64,000 bases of DNA from Nemertoderma westbladi (lineage: Eukaryota > Animalia > Xenacoelomorpha), in assembly GCA_032718475.1 (NCBI GenBank), contig JAUCBJ010001214.1, forward strand, positions 1 to 64,000, given 5' to 3'. Below, one piece after another: positions 49,721-60,770 of the stretch (position 1 is the stretch's first letter; each line of letters begins with the position of its first letter). The position numbers and the translations under genes are program-made. The notes beneath the pieces were generated by a model. It was not told the DNA's origin. It was given only the letters and a program-made list of their open reading frames with translations, and searched no databases.

Positions 49721-52125
49721 CTGAAATCGTTTCAGTTCGATCGCCCATCTCGATCTTAAATGTTTTGGGTCCGGGGGTGAGGACCTTGTAAGGCCCCTCG
49801 TATGGGCGTTCAAATGGCGTCCGGTGGGCGTCGCGCCAGACGAAAACGTAGGTAGCGTCGTGGAGGTCCGGTGGAACCGACGACGAAGTCAGTCCGTGGT
49901 GTGACGTCGGTACCGGAGCGAACCGCCCGACCGTATCCCGGAGTTGAAGGAGGATCGTGGACGGCGAGTGCTGGGCGCCCGTAGCCGGCGGAAGGAACTC
50001 GCCCGGAACGGTGAGGGGGGCACCGTAGACCAGCTCGGCAGAGGAGGTCCCCAAGTTGTCCTTGGGAGCGGTCCGGATTCCGAGGAGAACCCACGGCAAC
50101 TCGTTGACCCAATCGGGGCCGGTGAGCGAGGCCCGCAAGGCGGACTTTAGGTGGCGGTGGAAACATTCCACCAGTCCGTTCGCCTGCGGGTGGTAGGCCA
50201 TGGTGCGGTGCAGTTGGGTGCCCAGCAGCTGGTTGACGGCGGACCAGAGCTGGGAGGTAAACTGCGAACCGCAGTCGGAGGAGAGATCCATGGGGACGCC
50301 AAACCGAGATATCCAGTTGGAGATGAGAGCCCGGGCGCAACTCTCGGTGGAGGTCTCGGTGAGAGGCACGGTCTCTGGCCATCGAGTGAACCGGTCTACC
50401 ATCGTCAGAAGATGAGTGAACCCACGCAATGGTGGTACAGGGCCGACCAGATCCACATGGATGTGGTCGAACCGGCGGTGGGGGGTGGCGAAGGTGCCAA
50501 GGGGCGCGCGGACGTGGCATTGCACCTTGGAAGACTGGCAAGGGATGCAGGTCTTCGCCCACCTCTTTGCGGAGGCCGTGCCACACGAACCTGTCGGTGA
50601 CGAGTTTCTTGGTGGTACGAGCATTGGGGTGAGACAGGCCGTGTAGGGCATGGAAGACGCGCCGTCGCCAGGCGACGATGGGTGTCCGAGAGAAATGTCG
50701 CAAAGTAGAGTGGCGTTGGCAGGGGCGAGCGGGACGTCTTCCAGTTGGAGGCCGGACACGGCGGAGCGGTAGGTTGGCAGCTCGGGGTCGGCGAGTTGGG
50801 CAGCCGCCATAGCCATGTAGTCGAGGCCAGGGAGGAGGGTTCGAACCGCGCTGACGGTAGTCCTGGAGAGCGCATCCGCCACACAGTTGTCTTTGCCAGC
50901 GACGTGTTCGATCGCCGTGGTGAACTCGGAAATATAGGCGATGTGCCGTTGTTGCCGATTCGACCACGGGTCGCTGATCTTGGCGAATGCGAATGTCAGG
51001 GGTTTGTGGTCTGTGTAGGCGGTGAAGACACGGCCCTCCAGGTAGTACCGGAAGTAGCGAACAGCGAGGTACAGCGCGAGGAGTTCCCGGTCGAACGCGC
51101 TGTACTTCACCTACGGGGGTCGAAGTTGGCGGCTGAAGAACGCCAGGGGGCGCCACGAGTCGCCGACGAGCTGTTCTAGAATAGCGCCCACTGCCGTGCC
51201 GGATGCGTCCACGGTGAGCGCCGTCGGTGCGTTGGCGTTGGGGTGGGCGAGCAACGTGGCGTTGGCGAGGGCTTCCTCGGAGTTCCAGAACGCCGCCGCC
51301 ATGTTGGGGGTCCAGTCGAGGGACTTGGGTTTACCGGCAAGGGCCGCGTAGAGGGGCCGCATGATGGCGGCGGCCGCGGGGACGAACCGATGATAGAAGT
51401 TCACCATCCCCACGAACTCCTGCAGGCCCTTGATGGTGGTCGGCTGGGTGAACTCCCGGATGGCGGAGACCTTGTCGGGGAGCGGGATGGCGCCGTGGGC
51501 CGAGATTTGGTGGCCGAGGAAGTCGATGGTCGACCGACCGAACTCGCACTTGGCGAGGTTGCTCACGAGGCCGTGTTCTTGGAGGCGTATGAAGAGCTGA
51601 CGGAGGTGGTCACAGTGTGGTGTTCCTTGGGGGACCGACTCGTGACGAGGACGTCGTCTAGGTAGACGAAGAGGAAGTCGAGTCCCTGGCACACCGTGTC
51701 CATCAGTCTCTGGAAAGCCTGGGCCATGTTCTTCAGCCCCAACGGCATTCGAAGGAATTCAAACAGGCCGAACGGGGTTATAACCGCGGTCTTGGCGATG
51801 TCGGCCTCGGGTACGGGGATCTGGTGGTAGCCGCGCACCAGATCGATCTTAGAAAAGATCTTCGCCTGAGCCAGTCTGGAGGAGAAGTCCTGGATATGGG
51901 GGATGGGGTACCAGTCCGGAGTCGTGGCGTCGTTGAGGCGTCGGTAGTCGCCACACGGCCGCCATCCACCCAAGGGTTTAGGGGCCATGTGGAGGGGTGA
52001 CGCCCAGGGACTGTTGGACCGGCGGATGATCCCCATCTCCTCCATCTTCCGGAACTCGTCCCGCGCGATCTCGAGTTTGTCTGGAGGCAGACGACGGGCG
52101 CGGGAGTAGACCGGGGGTCCCTGTA
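49718..52125 (-). mobile_element. GC-rich Ty3/Gypsy pol fragment (RT, RNase H, integrase), frameshifted, no LTR visible
   Basis: [81 protein letters not shown]. Confidence 0.93.
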
Positions 52126-52590
52126 AATAATAAACAATATGTATTTCTTATTATAGGAGTGAAACTCGATATATTAGTCGAATTTATATATTTTATATTC
52201 GAAAGACAATATGACTCAATACTTACCTACTTACGTCGATTAATTTATCGACCTACCATATTTGTAAATATATCAAACTTAATGTTGTTTGAAAGGTCAT
52301 TTAATGCTTGTCTAGTCCTACCGGAAGTGACTCAACGAACTTTATTATTTTATATTATATGATGAAGTTGATCTACCCTTAATTAATTTCATTAATTTTT
52401 TAGTTAGATTGTTTATCGCATTTAATTGTATGTAGCAAGTATTTAATATCGACGTTACCTTTAATCGTTGAAAGATTGTATGCACCCTTTTCCATACAAA
52501 TTTCCGAAAAAACTCAATATTGTGTTATTCATAGAACGATTGTTGAACTTGTACGTAATTTTAGGGAACGGTTTTGCTGCATGAGAACGC

Positions 52591-53438
52591 GAATGGATCA
52601 TAACCATCAATAAGGACAGATTGAGAACTGCGAATGGATCATAACCATCAATAAGGACAGATTGGGGAACTGCGAATGGATCATAACCATCATTAAGGAC
52701 AGATTGGAAAACTGCGAATGGATCATAACCATCAATAAGGACAGATTGAGGAACTGCGAATGGATCATAACCATCAATAAGGACAGGTTGGAGAACTGCG
52801 AATGGATCATAACCATCAATAAGGACAGATTGGGGAACTGCGAATGGATCATAACCATCAATAAGGACAGATTGTGGAACTGAGTATGGATCATAACCAT
52901 GAATAAGGACAGATTGGAAAACTGCGAATGGATCATAACCATCAATAAGGACAGATTGGAGAACTGCGAATGGATCATAACCATCAATAAGGACAGATTG
53001 GAGAACTGCGAATGGATCATAACCATCAATAAGGACAGATTGGAGAACTGCGAATGGATCATAACCATCAATAAGGACAGATTGGAAAACTGCGAATGGA
53101 TCATAACCATCAATAAGGACAGATTGGAGAACTGAGTATGGATCATAACCATCAATAAGGACAGATTGGAGAACTGAGTATGGATCATAACCATCAATAA
53201 GGACAGATTGTGGAACTGAGTATGGATCATAACCATCAATAAGGACAGATTGGAAAACTGCGAATGGATCATAACCATCAATAAGGACAGATTGGAGAAC
53301 TGCGAATGGATCATAACCATCAATAAGGACAGATTGGAAAACTGCGAATGGATCATAACCATCAATAAGGACAGATTGAGGAACTGCGAATGGATCATAA
53401 CCATCAATAAGGACAGATTGGAAAACTGCCAATGGATC
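52591..53438. repeat. 42-bp satellite, ~20 copies
   Basis: Unit GAATGGATCATAACCATCAATAAGGACAGATTGGAGAACTGC. Confidence 0.97.
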
Positions 53439-54619
53439 TGTTCGCGCTTTTGAAGACCTTTAGCAGTTTAACCTGCCAAAATTTATATGTCTTTTAGTTA
53501 ATTAAAACACCTTTAGCATACGACAATATTTTATGCTAATAAACAAAACATTAGCCGAAGCCAGCCCATGCGCGATCATTCACCCGATGGATACACCCGG
53601 GAGGCTGAATTCGGATGCTTAAATTTTATTATTGCAGTGTAAGGTTGCAGTGTAAACCTACTGTATTATTCGATTGATCGTTAATAACTAATTTCTGACA
53701 GATATTATTGGCTTTCGGGAAATATTAACAGTTCCTTTAGGACGTGGCGCTCTATCTATTTAAACAGAACTAGGACTTATACTAAAGGCAACGATACTGC
53801 TTATGATTAAAGTATAAGGCGCATTCTTTAGGAAATGCTTTGTTACCAATCACAATCATGCACACTATTCTGCCGACCGTCAGTAAATTTGATCACACAT
53901 AAAGAGAGCAGCAATTGACTCATGTAGGTTCTGCTAAATAACATTAGATTCAATACACACCACATTGATATAAATCGCAATTGTTATGTATAGCCTGTCT
54001 CTCTAACCTGTAGTGTATCAAGAAAATTGGGAATTTTGGGTGATTTATCCGTATTCTCCAAAGGGCAATAATTCATCAACAAATCGATACAATTAATAAC
54101 TGACGGTAAATAACAGTACAAACAATATGATTAGTGCAGTTAAATTAAGTGAGTTAGGTAAGGTAACAGTTATACTTTCGATAATTTAAGCAGTTTTACT
54201 GGAGTTCTTCCCAAAAGCCGGTGTTATGGCGAAAAATGGGAACATAACAACAGAATCATATGAAGAATCATATGACTACATAACTATACGAGGATACCAA
54301 CTACCCTTATTCCCCGAAGCTCCCGTCCAACACAGAGGATGAGCATACAGATAGGAAATTCAGTTCAGTAGCTCTGGGATAGGTCAAAATCAACGCCCAC
54401 TCAAATTCTATTGGCTGATACGGACAGCAGGGCTGAGGCAACCTCCCTAAGCTGGTTGGCCGATCGAACAGAACCCAGATACCTTCGTACAGCACATCAG
54501 CCAATAAGCTGGTAGCTTGCACTATTTTTAGCTATAGATCCCTTTTAGAGTATTCTAGCGACCGGGGGGGAACTGGCCAGCAAGGCAAACGAATCAGTTA
54601 TCCCACCAAAGCTTTTACA
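53439..54619 (-). repeat. 3' LTR of copy B (~1.18 kb)
   Basis: TGTAAAAG...CGCGAACA after the purine tract ctgggagcgg. Homologous to the copy A LTR. Confidence 0.8.
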
Positions 54620-54697
54620 CCGCTCCCAGAAAATGGGATTTAAGTCTATAAAATATACAAAATCACAGTTTCTAAAATATAAAAATACTCTAAACAG

Positions 54698-57600
54698 TTA
54701 GTCTTTCTTGCGCGGACGGCGTTTACGCAGTTTTTTAAAGCTAGCAAGAGTCCTTTTCTCTTTGGGGCGAGCCACTTTACAAGGAGGGCTATAACTCCTG
54801 GGTGAAGGGTGCAATATGATTGCATCAGAAGGTATGGGATTACGATCGGTATATCCGCCGGTCGAAGTACCGGGTTGATTGACATCAACGTCCGGGGAGA
54901 GGGGTCTAACGGCTTTGAGAGCTCGTTTCAAGACAGCCGCTCTTACGGGTCCTTTACGAGTGGTCTGAACGAGGGCCGTGGGTGGACCATAGGCAGTTAG
55001 AAACTTCCTTGGTTTAATGGTTCTTTCCAACTCGCGTTCGCGGGCTCGGTACTCGTAAGGCCGTCGATATACTTCCTGTAACTCGGGGTGTGAGTTGACA
55101 AATAAGTCTCCATAGGCAGGGTCTTGACGGATAAAGTTTATTAAGTTGTAAGAATAGATGTCACTCGGATTAATGCTCCTAAGAAATTTGCGTACATATT
55201 TGGTTGAAATACATTCTCCAACGCGCTTCAGTAGTTCATAACTTGATAGGCGTGATTTCTGCTCGACGGAGGCAAACAAATAAGGATGGAACGCATAAAC
55301 TCCTTCGTAAGCGCGTCCAGGGTAATAGCGATGGCGTGAATCACAATGTAAATCAGCGTTCGCTTCCCAAGCTCTGATATAACGTAGTACAATCATTTCA
55401 TCTACCCTCTCTAAATCATGATTAAAGGGACAATCAAAGCTGGCGTGTCCTTTTAATTGACAATGATGGCATTGAGTCATAAATTGGGGGCAGACAGCAA
55501 AAATGTGCAAATTATTAAGCCGACAATATGCACAATAGATTTCCATCGACGGTTGCTCGTGGAAATAGGAACAGAGATCGTTGGTGTCCATAGACGTAAT
55601 ATGGTCTCTCGATGCGCACAGCCGACAACGTTGTCGAGAAACATAATTGGCATGGCGATAATCATACGCAGTAAGACACTGTGGACCTTGATACCATTCC
55701 AATATGTAGTCGCTATCGCTACTCCGAGACGTGGGGGGCTGAATCTCTTCAGATTCTAAACATATGGGTTCGTCTTCCCCTTGTATAGTTGAGGTAGGCA
55801 TGGCCGTCTCCTCAAGTGGACCTACCGTCTGAATTTCCACGACAGAATAACCTGTGGGGATTCGAGGTCTTTGGATAACAGAGGAGTGCATGTTTATTAT
55901 ACAAATGTCTTTGAAAATAGCAAATCCAGCGCTATCTAACTTCTCCGCAGCCGAGTCTCTTAAGCTGAGCTTGGTCAAAGCGCGGTCTTTGAATTGGCTA
56001 TCCACGTTGCGAAACGGGGTTAAAAATCGTCGGAAACATTCAAAGCGGATGAATTTATTATGTTCATCTAGCTTAGCGAGTTTGGTCCCAAGGATTAATG
56101 GATGGGTGCGTATAGTACGACTGCACACATCGGCTAGCCAACCGGAAAGTGCGGTGTTTTCGAAGATCGTGTAGATAGCTAAGGAGGGGCGGAGTGGAAC
56201 ACTCATGAAGCTATACACGGCGCCAGGTGCGGTCAACGGTCCGTCAAAGTATAATCGAGAATAATGGTCTCCGTATACTTGTTGATAGTTGATGGGATTT
56301 CCGACCTTGAAATTCCATCCGTATTCCTGAAAAGCAAGATGTCCGATGGAAGTTCGTTGCACCTTTGTAATGTTGCTAGACGCATTAGCATACATGGTGC
56401 GAAAGAAACCTTGGCCTTCGGCCCAAGGAGCTATCAGCTGAGTATCCACGAAAGGATAGGGGATATTTTCCATATTCCGAAAGTCGTTTTGGAGATCTCC
56501 GTAAACAGCTGAGCCGATTTTAATGATTCTTTCGTTGAATAACATCTCGAGAACGGGCTGGGGTAACATCGATCCATCGATACCCATGGCCGGTTTGCGT
56601 TCGGTGTCAATGACGTAACGCTGCGCGAGTTCGAATTGTCCGTGTCGGAGATTCTTTTGCGTTTCGGTGAGAGTTTCAAAGGAATAATCTATCACGTCGG
56701 AACACGCTCGCGTAAACACGTGAGTGGAACCAGCTAATCCGCGTATGTGTATCATGCGCGTAGTTCCTAATTCTCCGATTGGAACGCTACCTTCGTTATC
56801 GTAAGTAACAACGCCATACATCTCAATGATATTAAGAGTTTCATTCCACTCTTTGGTGGCGTTCTCGAGGGTCATCCCTACCGGATGCCACAAGGTGGCG
56901 CATTGATTAGCGTCAGGGAGATCACTATACTTCATGTATCGAGTGGTATACGTCTCCACATTTCCATATCTTTGTATTTTCTCCTCCTCGAATAATACGT
57001 CTAGATTCCAATGGTCTAATCGAGTTTTAATAAATCCATCGAGATTATAAGGAGGTTCTGTATCCTTCTCTATTCGAGAAACGTTATATGGTTTTCGAAA
57101 TGAGTTTACCTTTACTAACTGATCCAGATGTTTTTGCAATTGTTCGAGTTCTACAATGTCCAGAGGATTTATTAGTGGTAGAAACTTTAAATTATGCGTC
57201 GGATCTTCTGGTTTTACCATATAATATTGAGTCAGATTAACGTAATAAGGGTGGTCTTTAATTCCATAAAAAGAGTTCTGTAAAGGTCTAGCGCGTATGT
57301 TGACATCGTGTACCATACGACGGACAAGATCCGCTCGATTGTCTGGAGGTTCAACGAGTATACCGTCAACTCGAGCGGCCTCGATTGGCGGACGCTGTAA
57401 CATAGGAGCGTCAGCGATAAGATTTTGCGATCTTATGCTGATATCAACCGGTTGGGGTTGTATCTTTGCAAAAAGTTTGTCTCCGAAATGCGGAACCATC
57501 GAGGGATGATGGACGGTTTTAGAGTAGAGATCGGTTATGAGTATCTGAGCTTCGGGTTGGGCTAAAGCGGCTTCTTCTCTCTCATCCATTTCCGTATGTT

Positions 57601-58951
57601 TCTCCTCTAGTTGATTTTCCTCCGCTTGTTTCTGTAAGCGTTCTTCTAGAAACTCCTGTAGAGAATACGTACGTCCAAGCTCGATGTCCTCTTCGAGGTT
57701 TTGGATTTCTCTATCAAACTGCGGCAAGGCTAACTCTTTCACCGATTGGACCTGCTGCTGTAATTTACGTTTCTCTAGAAAATCCTGTGTTCCCTTTCCG
57801 ATTTTCTGTCGGATGGCGTCTAAAGCGTTTCTGATGACACTCTCCTCGACTTCCGTGGCAGGTTGTATCGGAGTTAATCCTGGCCGATTGTAAGGATTAA
57901 ATGGCGATGTTAGATGTCCGCGTCCCAATCCGGTTAAATAGGATGGTCGAATATCTAACGAACCTACCGCTGGAACACCACCGATTAACTGCTCGGGTAA
58001 CACCAAATCTTTGAACAGTGAGTATAACTCAGGAGGATCAGTGATACTGTTAGGATCAAGAGTTTGAGGTCTCACTGGGGAATGAGGAGGCCTGACCGAG
58101 TATTCCGGAACTCTGATCATGGGTTTATTTAGCGATCGTTTTAGACGGGCGATCGTAGGTGATACGTCGAACAGGTTTCGCTCGAAACTCCCGTAAGTAT
58201 AACGCGTAAAACTGTGTTTAGCACAACGTCTCCGCGGATGTTTATGTCTTTCCGTTTGCTGGTTAGGTCTAGGACATGAGTCACAATAATACCAAAGACG
58301 TACGTCCTGCAGAGGAAACGCGGGTGATCGTTCTCCAGTTTTGCAATACTCTTCCATTTGTTCAAAGCTGTCCGGGACAACAGGCAGTGGACGATCTGCG
58401 GTAAGATACATCATGGTGAAATAGAGTCGTTTGAGTTCTACCATGGGATCGTGATGTATACCTTGAGGATATCGAGTCTCTAGGTTCTGTTGACTGGCAA
58501 TATTGAGATAGGTTTCTCTCAAAAATTCCAAGTAGTCGTTGAAGTTGATACGCTTATCGGGTTCTTCAACGTTTTCTCTGTCGAGTAGGTTGCGAATAGA
58601 GTTCTCGTGTTCTATTCTCGGTTTATCATTACGATTCCGCTGGGCATGATATTTAAATAAAACCATTTCCCTTTCGGTGTCTACATCTTCCGTATCATGT
58701 AAATCGGTAGGATGGCCGGTAGTTAAGAAGTCCATATACGTACCATTACGATTCGTATAGCGAGCGGTGAATTTTCTATAGTCCAATTCACGCGTAAGTT
58801 GTTCCTGGGACATCGGCGGTTCGATATAACGACCATCGTCCTCCGTAATAGTCGGATTGGCTTCACCGCGTATCAAGCTATCCACAAACGCTTGTAAAGG
58901 TAGAGTATATCGCTCCCTGATACCAAGGTCATCTTCTATCAATTCCGTCAT
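54698..58951 (-). CDS. Accessory 1417-aa protein: Cys/His cluster, coiled coil, DEDDy/DnaQ-like 3'-5' exonuclease fold, zinc knuckles, basic C-terminus
   Basis: Uninterrupted ATG-to-TAA ORF. VVTYDNEG (Exo I), LEMLFNERIIKIGSAVYGDLQNDF (Exo II, WRN/EXD-like), FVDTQ, SIGHLA, GPLT...YSFMS. Knuckles CRLCASRDH, CAYCRLNNLHIFAVC, CHHCQLKGHASFDC. Confidence 0.8.
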   Translation of the reverse strand: MTELIEDDLGIRERYTLPLQAFVDSLIRGEANPTITEDDGRYIEPPMSQEQLTRELDYRKFTARYTNRNGTYMDFLTTGHPTDLHDTEDVDTEREMVLFKYHAQRNRNDKPRIEHENSIRNLLDRENVEEPDKRINFNDYLEFLRETYLNIASQQNLETRYPQGIHHDPMVELKRLYFTMMYLTADRPLPVVPDSFEQMEEYCKTGERSPAFPLQDVRLWYYCDSCPRPNQQTERHKHPRRRCAKHSFTRYTYGSFERNLFDVSPTIARLKRSLNKPMIRVPEYSVRPPHSPVRPQTLDPNSITDPPELYSLFKDLVLPEQLIGGVPAVGSLDIRPSYLTGLGRGHLTSPFNPYNRPGLTPIQPATEVEESVIRNALDAIRQKIGKGTQDFLEKRKLQQQVQSVKELALPQFDREIQNLEEDIELGRTYSLQEFLEERLQKQAEENQLEEKHTEMDEREEAALAQPEAQILITDLYSKTVHHPSMVPHFGDKLFAKIQPQPVDISIRSQNLIADAPMLQRPPIEAARVDGILVEPPDNRADLVRRMVHDVNIRARPLQNSFYGIKDHPYYVNLTQYYMVKPEDPTHNLKFLPLINPLDIVELEQLQKHLDQLVKVNSFRKPYNVSRIEKDTEPPYNLDGFIKTRLDHWNLDVLFEEEKIQRYGNVETYTTRYMKYSDLPDANQCATLWHPVGMTLENATKEWNETLNIIEMYGVVTYDNEGSVPIGELGTTRMIHIRGLAGSTHVFTRACSDVIDYSFETLTETQKNLRHGQFELAQRYVIDTERKPAMGIDGSMLPQPVLEMLFNERIIKIGSAVYGDLQNDFRNMENIPYPFVDTQLIAPWAEGQGFFRTMYANASSNITKVQRTSIGHLAFQEYGWNFKVGNPINYQQVYGDHYSRLYFDGPLTAPGAVYSFMSVPLRPSLAIYTIFENTALSGWLADVCSRTIRTHPLILGTKLAKLDEHNKFIRFECFRRFLTPFRNVDSQFKDRALTKLSLRDSAAEKLDSAGFAIFKDICIINMHSSVIQRPRIPTGYSVVEIQTVGPLEETAMPTSTIQGEDEPICLESEEIQPPTSRSSDSDYILEWYQGPQCLTAYDYRHANYVSRQRCRLCASRDHITSMDTNDLCSYFHEQPSMEIYCAYCRLNNLHIFAVCPQFMTQCHHCQLKGHASFDCPFNHDLERVDEMIVLRYIRAWEANADLHCDSRHRYYPGRAYEGVYAFHPYLFASVEQKSRLSSYELLKRVGECISTKYVRKFLRSINPSDIYSYNLINFIRQDPAYGDLFVNSHPELQEVYRRPYEYRARERELERTIKPRKFLTAYGPPTALVQTTRKGPVRAAVLKRALKAVRPLSPDVDVNQPGTSTGGYTDRNPIPSDAIILHPSPRSYSPPCKVARPKEKRTLASFKKLRKRRPRKKD

Positions 58952-58993
58952 ATCTGCTATCTGAGTTTATTAATATCAATATGAGTTAATATT

Positions 58994-59137
58994 TAGGCAA
59001 GCGGGCGTCGCTGCCTACTAGGCTTTGCCCCCGGACAGTGGGTTTCTCAGCGCCGATGTACCGTTGTCGCGGTGTTTACGCCAACATGTAGCAACAGCAC
59101 GACAACGATAACCGGCACAAGTCCCATCACTGTCCGT
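58994..59137 (-). promoter_or_regulatory. Putative structured RNA leader upstream of the accessory ORF (copy B)
   Basis: Same nested stems as copy A. Mismatches on the plus strand become G-U pairs on the minus (sense) strand. Confidence 0.5.
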
Positions 59138-60770
59138 CCCAAAGGCTTGAATCCACTTGAGGTTATCTCAGTAGAGTTAGGGCTACTTTACAATTGCGAT
59201 TAGCTACTGTAAACACACTTTAGTAGTAACATTCACCTATAAACGCACAAATTCCATACAATCATTACTTACTGCACACATGCAGGCCATTTGTCCGTTA
59301 ATCAGTGTCTTCCAGAATGTCACGTTATTACTATGTATCCTTGGATACTAATAGTGCGCTATGTATACTCTTATGCTACGCAATGGGCAAGCTTTTTATT
59401 GTTCCTTTAACTTGCTTCTAATTCTAGCGTGGGTGTTGCCATGGTGACATTATGGAAAACTAGCGGTAGAATTAGGGTAATTCTCATGCATACAGATCTG
59501 GGATGTTATTTAATAGTAATTCTTTAATTGTCAATATCCTCTTTATGCATGATTTTATAAATTTTATCGGCTATTGACTATATGTTGGAGATTCTCGCAC
59601 TCTAGTACACTCAATATGAATCTCCGCTCCCATGATCTATTAATTACTGGAATTTTGGGAATGTTATAAATTGCACAAAATGACAATTTATGAAATTCAT
59701 TTAAATATGAATTTAAATTTATTCCCGTGAATTTTATTATTTGATGTTAAATTGACACAAATTTTATTCCAGAGCATATCTGGGGACTTAGGATCCTTAA
59801 TTCTATAAAATAGTCCTTCTAACAATATCGGTAAATACTGCGATATCTTAATTGACTAAAAATTTTAAAGGATCGGGATTTTACAGATTTTAATAAATAT
59901 TAAATTAATATTTAGGATGAGCACCGATTTATTCCAGAACTTGTCTGGGGACGTTAACCACTGATTCTAGAATTTGTCTTTCAAGTATATCGGTGGGTGC
60001 CACGATATCTTAATCGACTAGAATTACAGATGGTCAAAAAGTTTAACAGATTTATTTGCGATTTACGCTACTGTTAGAGGGACATCACGCTACTATATGT
60101 ATTATTTGAAATAAGGTAGAAGAGCAATATCGCACGAAGCAATGTCAGTGTGAAGAGGCAAGTCGTTTCCAAGGTCTACCCAGAGCTTGGTTTAGCCGAG
60201 ACACGAGGATCTGAACTTTGCATTCCTAATACTCTGCCTACCAATAATACTTAAATATAGTAGTGGCTTTATTGTACTTTAATAAGTACTGACATGTCAT
60301 CTTACTATAGTCTCGCATTTATAATATAATACGGACAGTAAGGAAAGAGAAAAATAATTATTTCTTGCCGTCGCACTAAATATATTATAAGTAATTAAGT
60401 ACGTAATAAACACTAATATATTGCACTAATTTACTAAATATTCTAAAATAACATTTTACTAAATAAAATTAAAGAAAACGATTATAATAAAATTACTTAA
60501 TAATACATACATAAATATAAAATAAAAAACAAATATAAAATAATATAGTCACACACCCACTCCATATGTTATTATGTTATGGAGTCCCTAGATATTTGTC
60601 GGATTAGGGAAGTGGTCGTAGGAAGAGTATCTTGCCTTCCATAGTTTCCGGACAGTTTTCGGTTTCTTTCCAGTAAACATAAACGACCAGCTGGGTGATT
60701 GGGTTGTCATGTTACTTTCTCCGCTCCCTTGGCCTGTCTACTCTCCGCCGTGGTAAGATGAGGAGGCCAT

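Noticed and set aside
49810-52137. Overlapping alternative and antisense ORFs (e.g. 448 aa at 49810-51156)
   Set aside because: Expected by-product of high GC in the Gypsy pol; Pro/Arg-rich with no recognisable motifs.
52461-53453. 323-aa IDGYDPFAV repeat ORF
   Set aside because: The 42-bp unit is divisible by 3, so open frames arise automatically in multiple frames.
54698-58951. env gene interpretation of the third ORF
   Set aside because: No signal peptide, transmembrane anchor or fusion-protein pattern. It has nuclease-like and zinc-knuckle motifs and a basic tail.
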